Positions 10,459-20,300 of a stretch of 64,000 bases of DNA are shown one piece after another. The translations under genes were made by a program, and so were the position numbers. Under the pieces are notes generated by a model. That model saw only the letters and a program-made list of their open reading frames with translations. It searched no databases and was not told the DNA's origin. How positions within the stretch are numbered: the stretch's first letter is position 1; the number at the start of each line of letters is the position of its first letter. Source of the stretch: Verrucomicrobiota bacterium (lineage in GTDB: Bacteria; Verrucomicrobiota; Verrucomicrobiia; Verrucomicrobiales; Akkermansiaceae); assembly GCA_040388015.1 (NCBI GenBank), contig JAZKCQ010000025.1, positions 8,170 through 72,169 of the forward strand, in the 5' to 3' direction.

Positions 10459-10932
10459 ATGGCCAACGCACAAGTTATTCTCAAAGAAAAAATCGAAGGC
10501 CTTGGTGCCGAAGCTGATGTCGTTAAAGTCCGCGCAGGTTACGCCCGGAATTTCCTGATTCCTCAAGGCAAGGCTTTCGAAGCAAGCAAGTCGAACCTCC
10601 GCCACGTGGCCGCTCTCAAGACCAGCCGTGCCGCTCGCGAGGCTGAAGAGCTCGTTACATTCCAAGAACTCGCCACCAAGATCTCCAAGCTCAAGCCGAA
10701 GTTCACCCTTTCCACCGGTCAAGGCGGCAAGGCGTTCGGTTCGGTCACCAGCATCGACATCCACAAGGAACTCGAAGTCGCAGGCATCATTATTGATCGT
10801 CATGCCATCGAACTCGACAAGCCCGTCAAGAAGTCTGGCAAAACCGAAGTCCAGATCCGTCTCCATCCCGAAGTGATCACCACGCTCACCATCTCGGTGG
10901 ATGCTGGCGACACCAAGGAAGAAGAAGGCTGA
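10459..10932 (+). CDS. rplI: 50S ribosomal protein L9
   Basis: VKVRAGYARNFLIPQGKA, FGSVT and LHPEV motifs. Confidence 0.97.
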   Translation: MANAQVILKEKIEGLGAEADVVKVRAGYARNFLIPQGKAFEASKSNLRHVAALKTSRAAREAEELVTFQELATKISKLKPKFTLSTGQGGKAFGSVTSIDIHKELEVAGIIIDRHAIELDKPVKKSGKTEVQIRLHPEVITTLTISVDAGDTKEEEG

Positions 10933-10954
10933 TTCTCTTCTGAATCTTTTTAAT

Positions 10955-10992
10955 GAAAAACCCCCGGTTCGTCTGACGAACCGGGGGTTTTT
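10955..10992. terminator. Bidirectional terminator between rplI and the response regulator
   Basis: AAAAACCCCCGGTTCGT-CTG-ACGAACCGGGGGTTTTT perfect inverted repeat. Confidence 0.9.
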
Positions 10993-11023
10993 GTTATCTG
11001 GGTGCGAACTCCAAATGAAAATG

Positions 11024-11680
11024 TCAGACGAGCCCTTGGCGGAGCGCCTTCGAGACCGCTTCGGTCTGCGAACGGACCTGAAGCTTGCGATAGACCGAGC
11101 GCAGGTGCATGTCCACGGTGTGCTGTGAGATCAGGAGTTCGTCGGCGATTTCCTTTTTGATCAGGCCGCGGACCAGGAAGCGCAGGACGTCTTCCTCACG
11201 GCTGGTGAGAGGCTCGATGTGATCGACCGGGCCGTAGCGGGCGAAGCCTTGCAGGATCATGCTGGCGATCGGCGCGCTGAGGGCGGAAGTGCCGTGGATG
11301 ACGTCGCGGATGCCGGAGAGGATCTCATCCGGATCGGCGGTCTTGAGCAGGTAGCCGGATGCGCCGTTGCAGATGGCGCGGTAGACCTTGTCTCGGTCAT
11401 CCGATGCGGAAAGGATCAGCACCTTGACTTCAGGCAGTTGGATGCGGATGTCGGAGAGAACTTCGAGGCCGTCGCGGCGGGGGAGTCCCAGATCGAGCAA
11501 GAGGAGATCAGGCCGCTCGTTGGTGAACTTCAGCTTGTCGAACAGTTCGGCGGCGCTGGCGAAATGATGGGGGCAGCTGAGATCCGGTTCGTTGCTGATC
11601 AAACGGCGGATCTGTTTCGCGAATACTTCGTGATCTTCAAGAATCCAGATGCAGGAAATGGTGGAGGCTTCGGCGATCAT
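11024..11680 (-). CDS. NarL/LuxR family response regulator
   Basis: EDH, LLDLGLP phospho-Asp, GYLLK and LTSREEDVL...IADEL HTH. Confidence 0.93.
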   Translation of the reverse strand: MIAEASTISCIWILEDHEVFAKQIRRLISNEPDLSCPHHFASAAELFDKLKFTNERPDLLLLDLGLPRRDGLEVLSDIRIQLPEVKVLILSASDDRDKVYRAICNGASGYLLKTADPDEILSGIRDVIHGTSALSAPIASMILQGFARYGPVDHIEPLTSREEDVLRFLVRGLIKKEIADELLISQHTVDMHLRSVYRKLQVRSQTEAVSKALRQGLV

Positions 11681-13707
11681 GCAAGGGTGGGGTGGGCGGT
11701 TAGGTGGGAGCGTTTGACGAGAAGGCGGATCTTGGTGCCGGTTTCTTTCGAAGAGGCGATCTGGAGCAACCCTTCAAGAATGCGCGCACGATCCTCAAGC
11801 TTGTGGACGGTTGCTGTGTCGTGTTCCTCGTTGAGAGGGATGCCGATACCATTGTCGAGAATTTCAAGGGCCAGTTTGTCGTCCTCGTCCCACAGACGGA
11901 TGGAAACGCTGTTGGCCTGCGAGTGTTTCAGGACATTGTGAATGGCCTCCTTGTAAAACAGGAAAAGGTGGCGTTTCGCATCGAGCGAGAGCTTGGCGGC
12001 GGTCTTGTTGGAATCACATTCCAGCGTGTAGTTCACCTCGCGCAGCAGCCGTCCGGCGGTTTCACGCATCCGCTGGACCAGATCGCCAATGGAGTCCTGG
12101 CGCCGTTCCAACAGCCAGACGATGTCACGCATGGCAAGCGAGCTTTCCCGAGCGATCGATTCCACTTCGCCGAGATCCTCCGCGACTTCTTCCGGACCTT
12201 GAAGTCGGACCAGATCCTTGCGCGCGGTGCGGGCGATGAGTGAAATGCTGCCGAGATTGCTGCCGATGTCATCATGAAGGTCGGAGGCGATCCGCTTGCG
12301 GAGTTGGTCAAGCTGGTCCCGCGACATCAGACGGCGGCGTTCGACAATGAAGACTGGGATGAGAAATGTCAGTCCGAGAATCACCGCTGAACCCCAGGTG
12401 GCGTTCAATTCACTTTCCGAAGCCTGCTGGTTGTGGGCGGGCCTCAACATTTCAAGTTCCCGTTCGATTCTGCCCCGTTCGTAGAGCTGGTCGAGCCAGA
12501 GAGGGACGGGAAGAATCATTTTTCCGGCAGCGAAGCCGTCGGTGAGCGAGGTGACCGTTGTGATTTCACCACCGTGGAGGCGGTTCACCGCGATACCTCT
12601 GGCGAGGTTGGTTCCCTTGGACCAGACTTCGATTTCTGACAGCGCATGGACTTTCATGTCTCCCATCTTCCAAGGACGCAAGGCGCTGAGGCGGATGCTT
12701 TTGGCAGTCTTTCCGTGAAGAGGAATCACAAGCGGAGTCATGCTGTTTGCTCCGGCGAGTGGATTGGTCCATTGGAAGGCCAGCGATTCTTCCGTCCCAT
12801 CCTCGCCTTGGAGGTGGACGGTCATCGATTCGGGAAAAACCGAAGATTCGAAGGATCGATCAAGCTGATAGGGAAACAGGACCAAGCGGTCGAGAGCTGA
12901 CTGATGATCGAGCCGGATCGACCACGTGACGGTTTCCGCATTGTCGGAGACCGTGACACAATCTCCCGGATCCGCTTTCGATTTTCCGCCGTTCTGCCAG
13001 ATGCCGAGAGGAGTGCGGCCATCCGCAAGTGCTTCAGGATACCAGATGCCCTGGGCATTCAGATCACCCACGCAGCTGACGGCAGCTCCGAAAGAAACAG
13101 GATCGTGATTGGAGACGACGACGACTTCGGATAGCCCGAAGAGGTCGAGCATTCCCTTGTTATGCCCTTCGTGAACGGTCAGCCGGACATAGCGGGCCTT
13201 GTTGTTTTGAGCGTTAAAGGGGACAGGATTCGACTCCGTCATCCGAGATGGCAGGACTCCCTGACCTGATGAATAAATCACCGTGCGTTGCGCGAAATCA
13301 GCCCGGCCAGACAGCTCGATGGTGAAGCGTTTGGGGAAAATTCCAGTGTCTTCTAAAAACTCCCTTTGAGCAGGAATGAGGAAAATGGTCTCGATCGGGA
13401 ACTCGCTGCCGAGATCCAGAGTGACCGAAGGGTCTGGAGCTCCGGCCTTCGGGCGGTAACCGCGATAGCCCAATCCGACTTTCATCGCATGTTCGCGATG
13501 TTGGGCAAATGTGGAAACCCGGTTATCGAGCCAAGAGACCCGATCTTCCGTCTTAACGAGCTGCGGATCGAAAATCCGAGCGATCCGGCCGATCGGATTG
13601 GTGATTTGTGCCGTCTCTGCGGCATAGGCTTCAATGGGAGATAGGCATGCCAGTGCTGCCAGCGCGAGGCTGTAGAAGTGGCGGTTTTGACTACGGGTCG
13701 TCATCAT
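11677..13707 (-). CDS. Sensor histidine kinase (HisKA_3) with discoidin/galactose-binding-like extracellular domains
   Basis: RIASDLHDDIGSNL H-box, KEAIHNVLKHS N-box, DNGIG; one TM segment; VTLDLG and ARYVRL..LSEV F5/8-type motifs. Confidence 0.88.
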   Translation of the reverse strand: MMTTRSQNRHFYSLALAALACLSPIEAYAAETAQITNPIGRIARIFDPQLVKTEDRVSWLDNRVSTFAQHREHAMKVGLGYRGYRPKAGAPDPSVTLDLGSEFPIETIFLIPAQREFLEDTGIFPKRFTIELSGRADFAQRTVIYSSGQGVLPSRMTESNPVPFNAQNNKARYVRLTVHEGHNKGMLDLFGLSEVVVVSNHDPVSFGAAVSCVGDLNAQGIWYPEALADGRTPLGIWQNGGKSKADPGDCVTVSDNAETVTWSIRLDHQSALDRLVLFPYQLDRSFESSVFPESMTVHLQGEDGTEESLAFQWTNPLAGANSMTPLVIPLHGKTAKSIRLSALRPWKMGDMKVHALSEIEVWSKGTNLARGIAVNRLHGGEITTVTSLTDGFAAGKMILPVPLWLDQLYERGRIERELEMLRPAHNQQASESELNATWGSAVILGLTFLIPVFIVERRRLMSRDQLDQLRKRIASDLHDDIGSNLGSISLIARTARKDLVRLQGPEEVAEDLGEVESIARESSLAMRDIVWLLERRQDSIGDLVQRMRETAGRLLREVNYTLECDSNKTAAKLSLDAKRHLFLFYKEAIHNVLKHSQANSVSIRLWDEDDKLALEILDNGIGIPLNEEHDTATVHKLEDRARILEGLLQIASSKETGTKIRLLVKRSHLTAHPTLA

Positions 13708-13869
13708 CCTGAGAAGCAATACGCTGACGATCCTGATAGTTTTTAAAAAATAATCAATCTTTTTTAATTAAAAACTTACTGTGATTGTTTGGGATTTACA
13801 TCGGAGCGCTAAGAAGCTGGCTCCGAAGCGGATTTTTTACCAAAGTGATTGGTATTTAAGGAACAGGCT

Positions 13870-14889
13870 TCAGAGAGGTGCGAGGAAGTGTTTCACTGCC
13901 TCGCGCTTTAGTCGTAATTCACGCCATTCGTTCACCAGGCGGCTTGCTTCAATGACTCCGCAGCCAGCGGGAAGCATGAGTTGATTTCCGTTCCACCAGA
14001 TTCCACGGATGGCGACAACTGCATCGAATTTCCCCTCATCCCAGAGTCCGAAAGGAGCGCCAAATTCCCTAGGGCAGCCCAGTCGCTCTCGCCACTCCAG
14101 CAATCGGGCCAAAGTTTCGGCTGTTCGGGGCAGTGGACCGAGTGCTGGTGTCGGGTGCAACCGGCGGAGGAGACCGGAGGGTGTCTGGGGTGACTTGAGG
14201 TCCAGTGTGATGGTGGTCAGAAAATGAACGATAGAGCCCAGATCCAGAATCTCACGTGAACATCGGTCGATTTTCCCCAGATCCAAGAGCTTTGAAACGA
14301 GTGTTTGTGCGACATATTCGTGTTCGCGGATTTCCTTTTCATCTACCGCGAAAACTTCCCGGTCTTCGCTCCGAGCAGTGCCGGCGAGGGCCATGGTTTC
14401 GAGCCGGGTTCCGTGCAGGGAGAATAACAGCTCCGGTGTGGCTCCGGCAAAACCTGAGTTTCCTTGAATCCATCCGTAAGAATGCAGCGGTGCGCCTTGG
14501 CGGATCATGGCTGCGATCAAAGGAAGGGCGGCGGATTCGGTGGCGATTCCGGTCTCGGTCACCACCGGCACGGTTTTTTCGAACACTCCGCCGTGGATGG
14601 ATGACATGACCTCTTGGAACACAACGGAAAACGGAGCCGCATCGAGTGGCTTCCACTCGCAGTTCAATGGGGCCGCATCCTGAAAGCGCGAGGATAACTC
14701 TGATAGATCCGCATGCTCGAAGCGACTGGGGATTTTCCAAGGCTCGGGATCCTGAAGCGCGAAATCCTGAACGTGGAAGGCCGCTCCTCCGGATGGCGGG
14801 TGGGCTGCGTTCGTAAAAGGCCCGTAACCGACCACCACGGTTCCGTCGGGCTTTGAAAGCCAGGCCATTGAATCCGAAATGTGTTCCAT
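13870..14889 (-). CDS. Chorismate-binding enzyme, probable isochorismate synthase (MenF-like)
   Basis: GATPELL, ALAGT, KEIREH, LHPTPALG, AGCGV and EW.E...K motifs. Confidence 0.82.
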   Translation of the reverse strand: MEHISDSMAWLSKPDGTVVVGYGPFTNAAHPPSGGAAFHVQDFALQDPEPWKIPSRFEHADLSELSSRFQDAAPLNCEWKPLDAAPFSVVFQEVMSSIHGGVFEKTVPVVTETGIATESAALPLIAAMIRQGAPLHSYGWIQGNSGFAGATPELLFSLHGTRLETMALAGTARSEDREVFAVDEKEIREHEYVAQTLVSKLLDLGKIDRCSREILDLGSIVHFLTTITLDLKSPQTPSGLLRRLHPTPALGPLPRTAETLARLLEWRERLGCPREFGAPFGLWDEGKFDAVVAIRGIWWNGNQLMLPAGCGVIEASRLVNEWRELRLKREAVKHFLAPL

Positions 14890-14946
14890 GAAATCGCTGG
14901 CAAAAGGTGGGTGAGGTGGCTTTCGCCCGCAAGCAGGATCGGGTAA

Positions 14947-15441
14947 CTAAAATGCGTCTTTGACGTGGTTGATCCGCGGTTTTCGACCGTCCTCCACATT
15001 GACTTCAATGACATCGAATCGCCACGGAAGATCGCGTGTTCTCAGCCGCTTGAGCCATGAATTCGCTCCGCGCTCGATGAGTGCCTGTTTTTCTCTCCCC
15101 ACCGCGTCCAAGCCGCGAATCTTGCTTCCTTCGCGACGGGTTTTCACCTCGACGAATAACAGGAGTTTCTCGTCGCGTGCGACAATGTCCACCTCGCCCC
15201 TTCGGGGGCCTCGGTAATTTTTCGCCAGAATCCTGCATCCTTGTGACCGGAGCCAATCGGCCGCAACCCGTTCGCCGTAATTCCCGATCCAAATTCTATC
15301 GCGCTTTCGGCCGTGTGGATCCGTCAAGCGGCAGGGAGAGTTGAGCGACCGGCTGAAACGAGCGACGATGATGGCAACAAGGGCCGTGAATCCGTAGCGC
15401 TTCAAGATGCGCCTTCGTGCCATATCCCTGATGCTTCGCAA
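14947..15441 (-). CDS. YraN family (UPF0102) endonuclease-like protein; start uncertain
   Basis: GERVAADWL, GEVDIVA, LFVEVKTR and RFDVIEV motifs. Confidence 0.88.
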   Translation of the reverse strand: MRSIRDMARRRILKRYGFTALVAIIVARFSRSLNSPCRLTDPHGRKRDRIWIGNYGERVAADWLRSQGCRILAKNYRGPRRGEVDIVARDEKLLLFVEVKTRREGSKIRGLDAVGREKQALIERGANSWLKRLRTRDLPWRFDVIEVNVEDGRKPRINHVKDAF

Positions 15442-15937
15442 AGCCGAATTGAGGAAACTCCAAATCCAGCTCCCGCATGATGCGGTCCCGCGTCACTTTG
15501 GCAATGATGCTTGCCGCCGCAATCGACAGGGACTGGCCGTCCCCTTTGATGATCCCGTCGTGTGGAATCGGGAAATTTTTCACCGGCAACCCATCGATCA
15601 GGCAATGATCCGGCGATGGAGCGAGCGCCTCGGCGGCTCTCCGCATCGCGAGGTGGGTCGCTTTGAGAATGTTAAGGCGGTCGATTTCCTCTCGATCGGC
15701 CAACGCGACCGCCCAGAAAATCGAGGGGTCCGTCGTGATCCGCTCATATAAAACCTCGCGCTTTGTCGGACTGATTTTTTTAGAATCATCCAGCCCGGGG
15801 CAGGTGAAATTTTGAGGTAAAATCACTGCGGCTGCGGAAACCGGTCCGGCCAGCGGCCCCCGGCCCGCCTCATCAATCCCGGCGATCCGAAGCAGGCCTC
15901 GGGATTGAAGGGTGGTTTCGAGGCTCAGATCGGGCAT
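15296..15937 (-). CDS. rnhB: Ribonuclease HII
   Basis: GIDEAGRGPLAGPV, DSKK, IDG, SIAAASIIAKVTRD and HRRSF motifs. Confidence 0.96.
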   Translation of the reverse strand: MPDLSLETTLQSRGLLRIAGIDEAGRGPLAGPVSAAAVILPQNFTCPGLDDSKKISPTKREVLYERITTDPSIFWAVALADREEIDRLNILKATHLAMRRAAEALAPSPDHCLIDGLPVKNFPIPHDGIIKGDGQSLSIAAASIIAKVTRDRIMRELDLEFPQFGFAKHQGYGTKAHLEALRIHGPCCHHRRSFQPVAQLSLPLDGSTRPKAR

Positions 15938-15947
15938 GGGCCCAGTA

Positions 15948-16514
15948 TCAGAATCCGCTGAAGCGCTGGCGAGTCGTCATTTGTGAATTGCTGACAGTGG
16001 CGAAAATTTCAGTGGAAAACACCGTGCCATCTTCATCCACAACAACGCCGATTCCGGTGTGGGTCCAGGAGTCGCACATGTTTTTCTTGTGATCCTTCGA
16101 GTTCGCCCACAGATCGACGAGTAGAGGGGCCGTGCTTTTGCCGGAATGATTCGCAGCGGCCACATTCTCACTGCAATTCATCATGTTATAGCGTTCTCTG
16201 GCTACCAGAGCCCGGCCTTCGAATCCGTAATGGCTGACATTTTTTCCGTAGAGTTTGAAATTCCCCCGGTTTTTCCGGAGGTATTCGGAATGCTCCTGCG
16301 CAAGACGGTTCAGTCCGGCGTGGCTTTGAAGCTCCACGGCGCCGTGGCTGCGGCGGTAGGCGTTGACCTCCTGAAGCACTTGCCCCGAAAGGGATGAATC
16401 AGGACGAATGGAGGCCGATACGGGAATCTTCTTGGTTTCCGGTTGGCTGGCGCAGGATGCCAAGGCACCAGCGCAAGCGACCGCGATTACTTTCAAATAA
16501 GGGTATGTTTTCAT
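15948..16514 (-). CDS. CAP/SCP domain lipoprotein
   Basis: Lipobox ALASC, VNAYR, ENVA and W..S..H..N..GIGV motifs. Confidence 0.87.
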   Translation of the reverse strand: MKTYPYLKVIAVACAGALASCASQPETKKIPVSASIRPDSSLSGQVLQEVNAYRRSHGAVELQSHAGLNRLAQEHSEYLRKNRGNFKLYGKNVSHYGFEGRALVARERYNMMNCSENVAAANHSGKSTAPLLVDLWANSKDHKKNMCDSWTHTGIGVVVDEDGTVFSTEIFATVSNSQMTTRQRFSGF

Positions 16515-16669
16515 GCAGGGACAGCACTGGAAAACGAAGTCTCAAAATTTACCTTGAAAGTAAAGTTGTTTTAAAAATACACGCGATTGCGTAGTATGGA
16601 TTTCGATAATTTATATCGTCCGCAGTTTCCGAAATTCGCCACGACGGGAATTCGGAATGAAAAAGAGCC

Positions 16670-16744
16670 TGGAGCCGCTGGTGAGATTCGAACTCACGAC
16701 CTATTCATTACGAATGAATTGCTCTACCCCTGAGCTACAGCGGC
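16670..16744 (-). tRNA. tRNA-Thr(CGT)
   Basis: Minus strand reads GCCGCTGTAGCTCAGGGGTAGAGC-ATTCA TT CGT AA TGAAT-...GTTCGAATC...CAGCGGCTCCA: cloverleaf with encoded CCA. Confidence 0.96.
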
Positions 16745-16820
16745 GTCTCGCAGGACGAGCGGAAGAAATCAAAGCATCTGACAACCCGCAAGCCGGAAAT
16801 TTTTCGGAGGGGAAGCAGGA

Positions 16821-18335
16821 TCAGCGATTCCGTTGGAAATGCTTCACAATGGCTGCGGTGAGGCCGGGGATGTCGTGCTTGGGGGCTTCGAAAGCGGGCT
16901 TCATGCCTTTCGTCCGCAGCGTCTCGCTGGTGACCGGGCCGATGCTGGCCGCGACACAATCCTCGGGCCAATCGAGTCCCAGATTGAAAAAGTGGTCCAC
17001 GGTCGAACTCGACGTGAAGGTGATCATGTCCGCTCCTTCTTCTATTAGTCGGGCGCGGGCTCCGGTGGGATCCTCCGTCTCCGCCACGGTCTGATAGGCG
17101 ACGCAGTTGTCCACGATCGCGCCGAGCGCGGTGAGTCCCTCGCCGACGATGTCGCGGGTTTCCGCGGCTTTCACCCACAGCATGGTGAGGTTTTCGATAT
17201 CCTCCTTTTTGAAAGCCTCGATCAGTCCTTCCGCCACGAAACGTTCCGGGATGAGGTCCACGGCGAAGCGGTATTCGCGGATCTTCTTCGCGGTGCCTTC
17301 CCCGATGGCGGCGATGCGCGGATTGCCGAGGCTGCGGGCGTCCGCATAGGAGGCGAAAAACGCGTCGAAGAAACGCTCGACGCCGTTAGGGCTGGTGAAA
17401 ACGAGCCAATCGTATTCATGGGCGTGGGTCACGAGCTCGGCGAACTCCTGGCGGTCCGGCGGTCCTTCGATGCGGATGGTGGGCAGCTCGATGACATCCG
17501 CGCCGAGGTCGCGCAGCGCCTTGCTGAGTTCGCCCGCCTGCTCGCGCGTGCGGGTGACGACGATGCGCTTGCCGAAGAGCGGCCGCTTTTCAAACCAGTT
17601 GATCTTCTTCCGCTCCTTCACCACATCGCCGATCACGGCGACGGCGGGGGAGGTGAAATTCTCTGCCTCGGCGATGTCGGCGATGTTGGAAAGCGTGCCC
17701 TCGATGGTCTTCTGCGAGCCGGTCGTGGCCCAGCGGGTCAAGGCGATCGGCGTGTCGGGAGCAGCACCGTGTTGCATGAAGGCGTCGGTGATTTCCCTCA
17801 ATCGGGCGACACCCATGACGAAGACTTTGGTGCCGGGAGCCTTGGCGAGCTGAGCGTAGTCCACGGAACTGAAGCCCTTGGTGGGATCCTCGTGCCCGGT
17901 GAAAATGGTGAGCTGCGTGTTGTGATCGCGGTGCGTCACCGGGATGCCCGCGTAGGCCGGACCGGCGATGGTCGAGCTGATGCCTGGGACGATCTCGAAT
18001 TTCACTCCGGCTTCCGCCAGCTCGGCCGCTTCCTCGCCGCCGCGGCCGAAGATCATCGGGTCGCCACCCTTGAGGCGAACGACGTTTTTACCGGCTTTGG
18101 TTTTTTCCACGATGAGGCCGTTGATCTGATCCTGAGGGACCGAGTGATCCTTGGCACGCTTGCCGACGTAGATTTTCTCGCAGCCGGCTTTCGTCCAGTT
18201 GAGGAGTTCCGGGCTGCTCAGCGCGTCGTAAACGAGGACATCCGCGAACTCGATGCACTCCTTGGCGCGCAGGGTGACGAGGCCGAGGTCGCCGGGGCCG
18301 GCGCCGACGAGATAACAGGTTCCGGAAGTGCTCAT
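16821..18335 (-). CDS. cobA: Uroporphyrinogen-III C-methyltransferase / uroporphyrinogen-III synthase fusion
   Basis: LVGAGPGD, RLKGGDP.IFGRGGEE and VPGISS motifs; C-terminal HemD domain (IVVTR, FTSPNGV, FTSSSTV, SIGPVT). Confidence 0.95.
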   Translation of the reverse strand: MSTSGTCYLVGAGPGDLGLVTLRAKECIEFADVLVYDALSSPELLNWTKAGCEKIYVGKRAKDHSVPQDQINGLIVEKTKAGKNVVRLKGGDPMIFGRGGEEAAELAEAGVKFEIVPGISSTIAGPAYAGIPVTHRDHNTQLTIFTGHEDPTKGFSSVDYAQLAKAPGTKVFVMGVARLREITDAFMQHGAAPDTPIALTRWATTGSQKTIEGTLSNIADIAEAENFTSPAVAVIGDVVKERKKINWFEKRPLFGKRIVVTRTREQAGELSKALRDLGADVIELPTIRIEGPPDRQEFAELVTHAHEYDWLVFTSPNGVERFFDAFFASYADARSLGNPRIAAIGEGTAKKIREYRFAVDLIPERFVAEGLIEAFKKEDIENLTMLWVKAAETRDIVGEGLTALGAIVDNCVAYQTVAETEDPTGARARLIEEGADMITFTSSSTVDHFFNLGLDWPEDCVAASIGPVTSETLRTKGMKPAFEAPKHDIPGLTAAIVKHFQRNR

Positions 18336-19288
18336 GAAAGGGAGTTGAAAAGTTCGAGTGCGAGGGAAATGGGATCGGTGCCGCGGGCTTCGCCAGTTCT
18401 CGGCGTGCCTCCTTCTTCGGGGAAAACGCGGGCCTTCAGGAAAATTTCTTCACCGGAGATCGTCGAGTAAACACCGACCGGAGTATGGCAGCCGCCGTCG
18501 AGCAGGCGAAGGAATTCGCGTTCCGCCGTGATGCGCCGCCACGATTCACGGTGGCCGATGGCTTCCGCGAAGACCCGGCTCGGCGCATCACCCGCCCGGA
18601 CTTCAAGGCCGATGGCTCCTTGTCCGGCGGCGGGGAAAAATTCGCTCTCCTCCAGCCGCGTCACGAACAGGCCGGGGATGCCGCTGACCGGTTCGGAGCC
18701 GTTTCCTGAGCCTTCCCGAGGAATGAAATCGAGCCGCACCAATCCGGCTTCGGCGAGTAGGATGGCGTCGTAGGTTCCGTCTTCGGCCAATTTGCGCAGG
18801 CGCGTCGGCACGTTGCCGCGGAGGTCGATCACGGTGATGTCCGGCCGCAGCCACTCCATCTGCTTCGCGCGGCGCACACTGCTGGTGCCGACTTTCGCGC
18901 CCACCGGAAGGGCGGCCAGGCCACCGGCTTCGCGCATCACCAGCACATCGCGGACCGGAGCGCGCTCCAGCACCGCAGCCAGCAGGTAGCGATCTTCCAA
19001 CACGGTCGGCAGGTCCTTGAGGCTGTGAACGGCGATGTCGATTTCCCCGGCATCCAGCGCTTCTTCGATTTCCTTGATGAAAACGCCTTTATCAAAAGTG
19101 CCCTCGGCTTTCGCCACATCGGCCAGTGAGACATCCGTCCGCCGGTCGCCGGTGGTCTTGATGATTTTCCGCTCGATGACCCGGTCGGGAAACGCCGTGG
19201 TCAGCGCGGCTTCCGTGGCCGTGGCCTGCACGAGTGCCAGCTCGCTGCCGCGTGTGCCGACAATGATTGGGGAAGGGGATTCGCTCAT
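18332..19288 (-). CDS. hemC: Hydroxymethylbilane synthase
   Basis: GTRGSELA, AVHSLKDLP, GTSSVRR, RGNVPTRL and GGCHTP motifs. Confidence 0.96.
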   Translation of the reverse strand: MSESPSPIIVGTRGSELALVQATATEAALTTAFPDRVIERKIIKTTGDRRTDVSLADVAKAEGTFDKGVFIKEIEEALDAGEIDIAVHSLKDLPTVLEDRYLLAAVLERAPVRDVLVMREAGGLAALPVGAKVGTSSVRRAKQMEWLRPDITVIDLRGNVPTRLRKLAEDGTYDAILLAEAGLVRLDFIPREGSGNGSEPVSGIPGLFVTRLEESEFFPAAGQGAIGLEVRAGDAPSRVFAEAIGHRESWRRITAEREFLRLLDGGCHTPVGVYSTISGEEIFLKARVFPEEGGTPRTGEARGTDPISLALELFNSLS

Positions 19289-19289
19289 C

Positions 19290-20300
19290 TCAAGTTCCGG
19301 GTAATTTCAACTTTTCAAGCTCGTGGTCGATGATCCGCTCGCACTGCTCGATCTGGAGCTGGCGGCGGGTGCGCGCTTCTTCGGCCAATTGCTCGAGCGT
19401 GTCGATGTCGTAAAGATAGACTTCCTCGATTTCGCCCACCGCCGGGTCGATGTCACGCGGGACGGCGATATCGATGAAGAACAGCGGCCGGTATTTCCGC
19501 GCGCGGCGGGCCTTCTCCACATCCGCCCGCTGGACGATGGTGTGGGGCGCGCCGGTCGAGGAAATCACCACATCCACCCGCGCCAGGGCGGTCTGCCAAT
19601 CGTCGAACCGCAGCGCGCTGCCGCCCATTTCAGTGGCGAGTTCTTGGGCTCTTTCAAACGATCGATTGGTCACAAAAATCGACTTCGCCCCGCGCGAGAC
19701 CAAGCTTTGTGCGGTAATCCGGCTCATCTCGCCAGCGCCCAGAATCATCACCTCGCTGTTCTTCAGATGGCCGAAAATCTTCTCCGCCAAGTCCACCGCC
19801 ACGTTTCCAACGGACGTTGAGCCTTCTTGGATCGAGGTCTCGGTTCGGACCTTTTTTCCTACTCCGAACGCTCGTTGGAAAAGCTTGTTCAAAACGACGC
19901 CGGTCGCTCCTGCTTCAAGCGCGGAACCATAAGCCTGTTTGACTTGGCCAAAAATTTCGGTCTCCCCGAGCATCATCGAGTCCAGCCCGCTGACCACCCG
20001 GCAGAGGTGTCGCGCAGCGGCCGTTTTCTCCATCCGGTAAAAATGCGCGGCCACGCTCGAGTCCACGTCGATCTTCTCGGCCAGCCGCGTTTCGATCAGG
20101 GCGAAGGCGGCTTGGGCGTCCTCGGCGGCGAGGTAGAACTCGGTCCGGTTGCAGGTGGAAATGACCACCGCCTCGGACGCTTCCGCCAGCCCGGCGAGTT
20201 CGGTCGATGCGGCGCCGAGCTTCGGCGTGCCCACGGCAAACTTCTCCCGCACATCCACGGGGGCGGTGCGGTGATTGAGGCCGAGGCAGAGAAGTTCCAT
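19290..20300 (-). CDS. hemA: Glutamyl-tRNA reductase (short form)
   Basis: GLNHRTAP, STCNRTE, GLDS..GETEIFGQVK, GAGEM and DIAVPRD motifs; start ATG 20300. Confidence 0.95.
   Translation of the reverse strand: MELLCLGLNHRTAPVDVREKFAVGTPKLGAASTELAGLAEASEAVVISTCNRTEFYLAAEDAQAAFALIETRLAEKIDVDSSVAAHFYRMEKTAAARHLCRVVSGLDSMMLGETEIFGQVKQAYGSALEAGATGVVLNKLFQRAFGVGKKVRTETSIQEGSTSVGNVAVDLAEKIFGHLKNSEVMILGAGEMSRITAQSLVSRGAKSIFVTNRSFERAQELATEMGGSALRFDDWQTALARVDVVISSTGAPHTIVQRADVEKARRARKYRPLFFIDIAVPRDIDPAVGEIEEVYLYDIDTLEQLAEEARTRRQLQIEQCERIIDHELEKLKLPGT

Noticed and set aside
10459-10932. rplI and rpsP standing apart from their usual operon partners
   Set aside because: Dispersal of these genes is common outside the model organisms; nothing else unusual was seen.
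16515-16744. Genomic island integrated at tRNA-Thr
   Set aside because: No integrase and no duplicated tRNA 3' end were seen; the flanking genes are housekeeping.
19290-20300. hemA as a truncated pseudogene (no long C-terminal dimerisation region)
   Set aside because: The catalytic and NADPH-binding motifs are intact and the gene is tightly coupled to hemC; a naturally short form is more likely.
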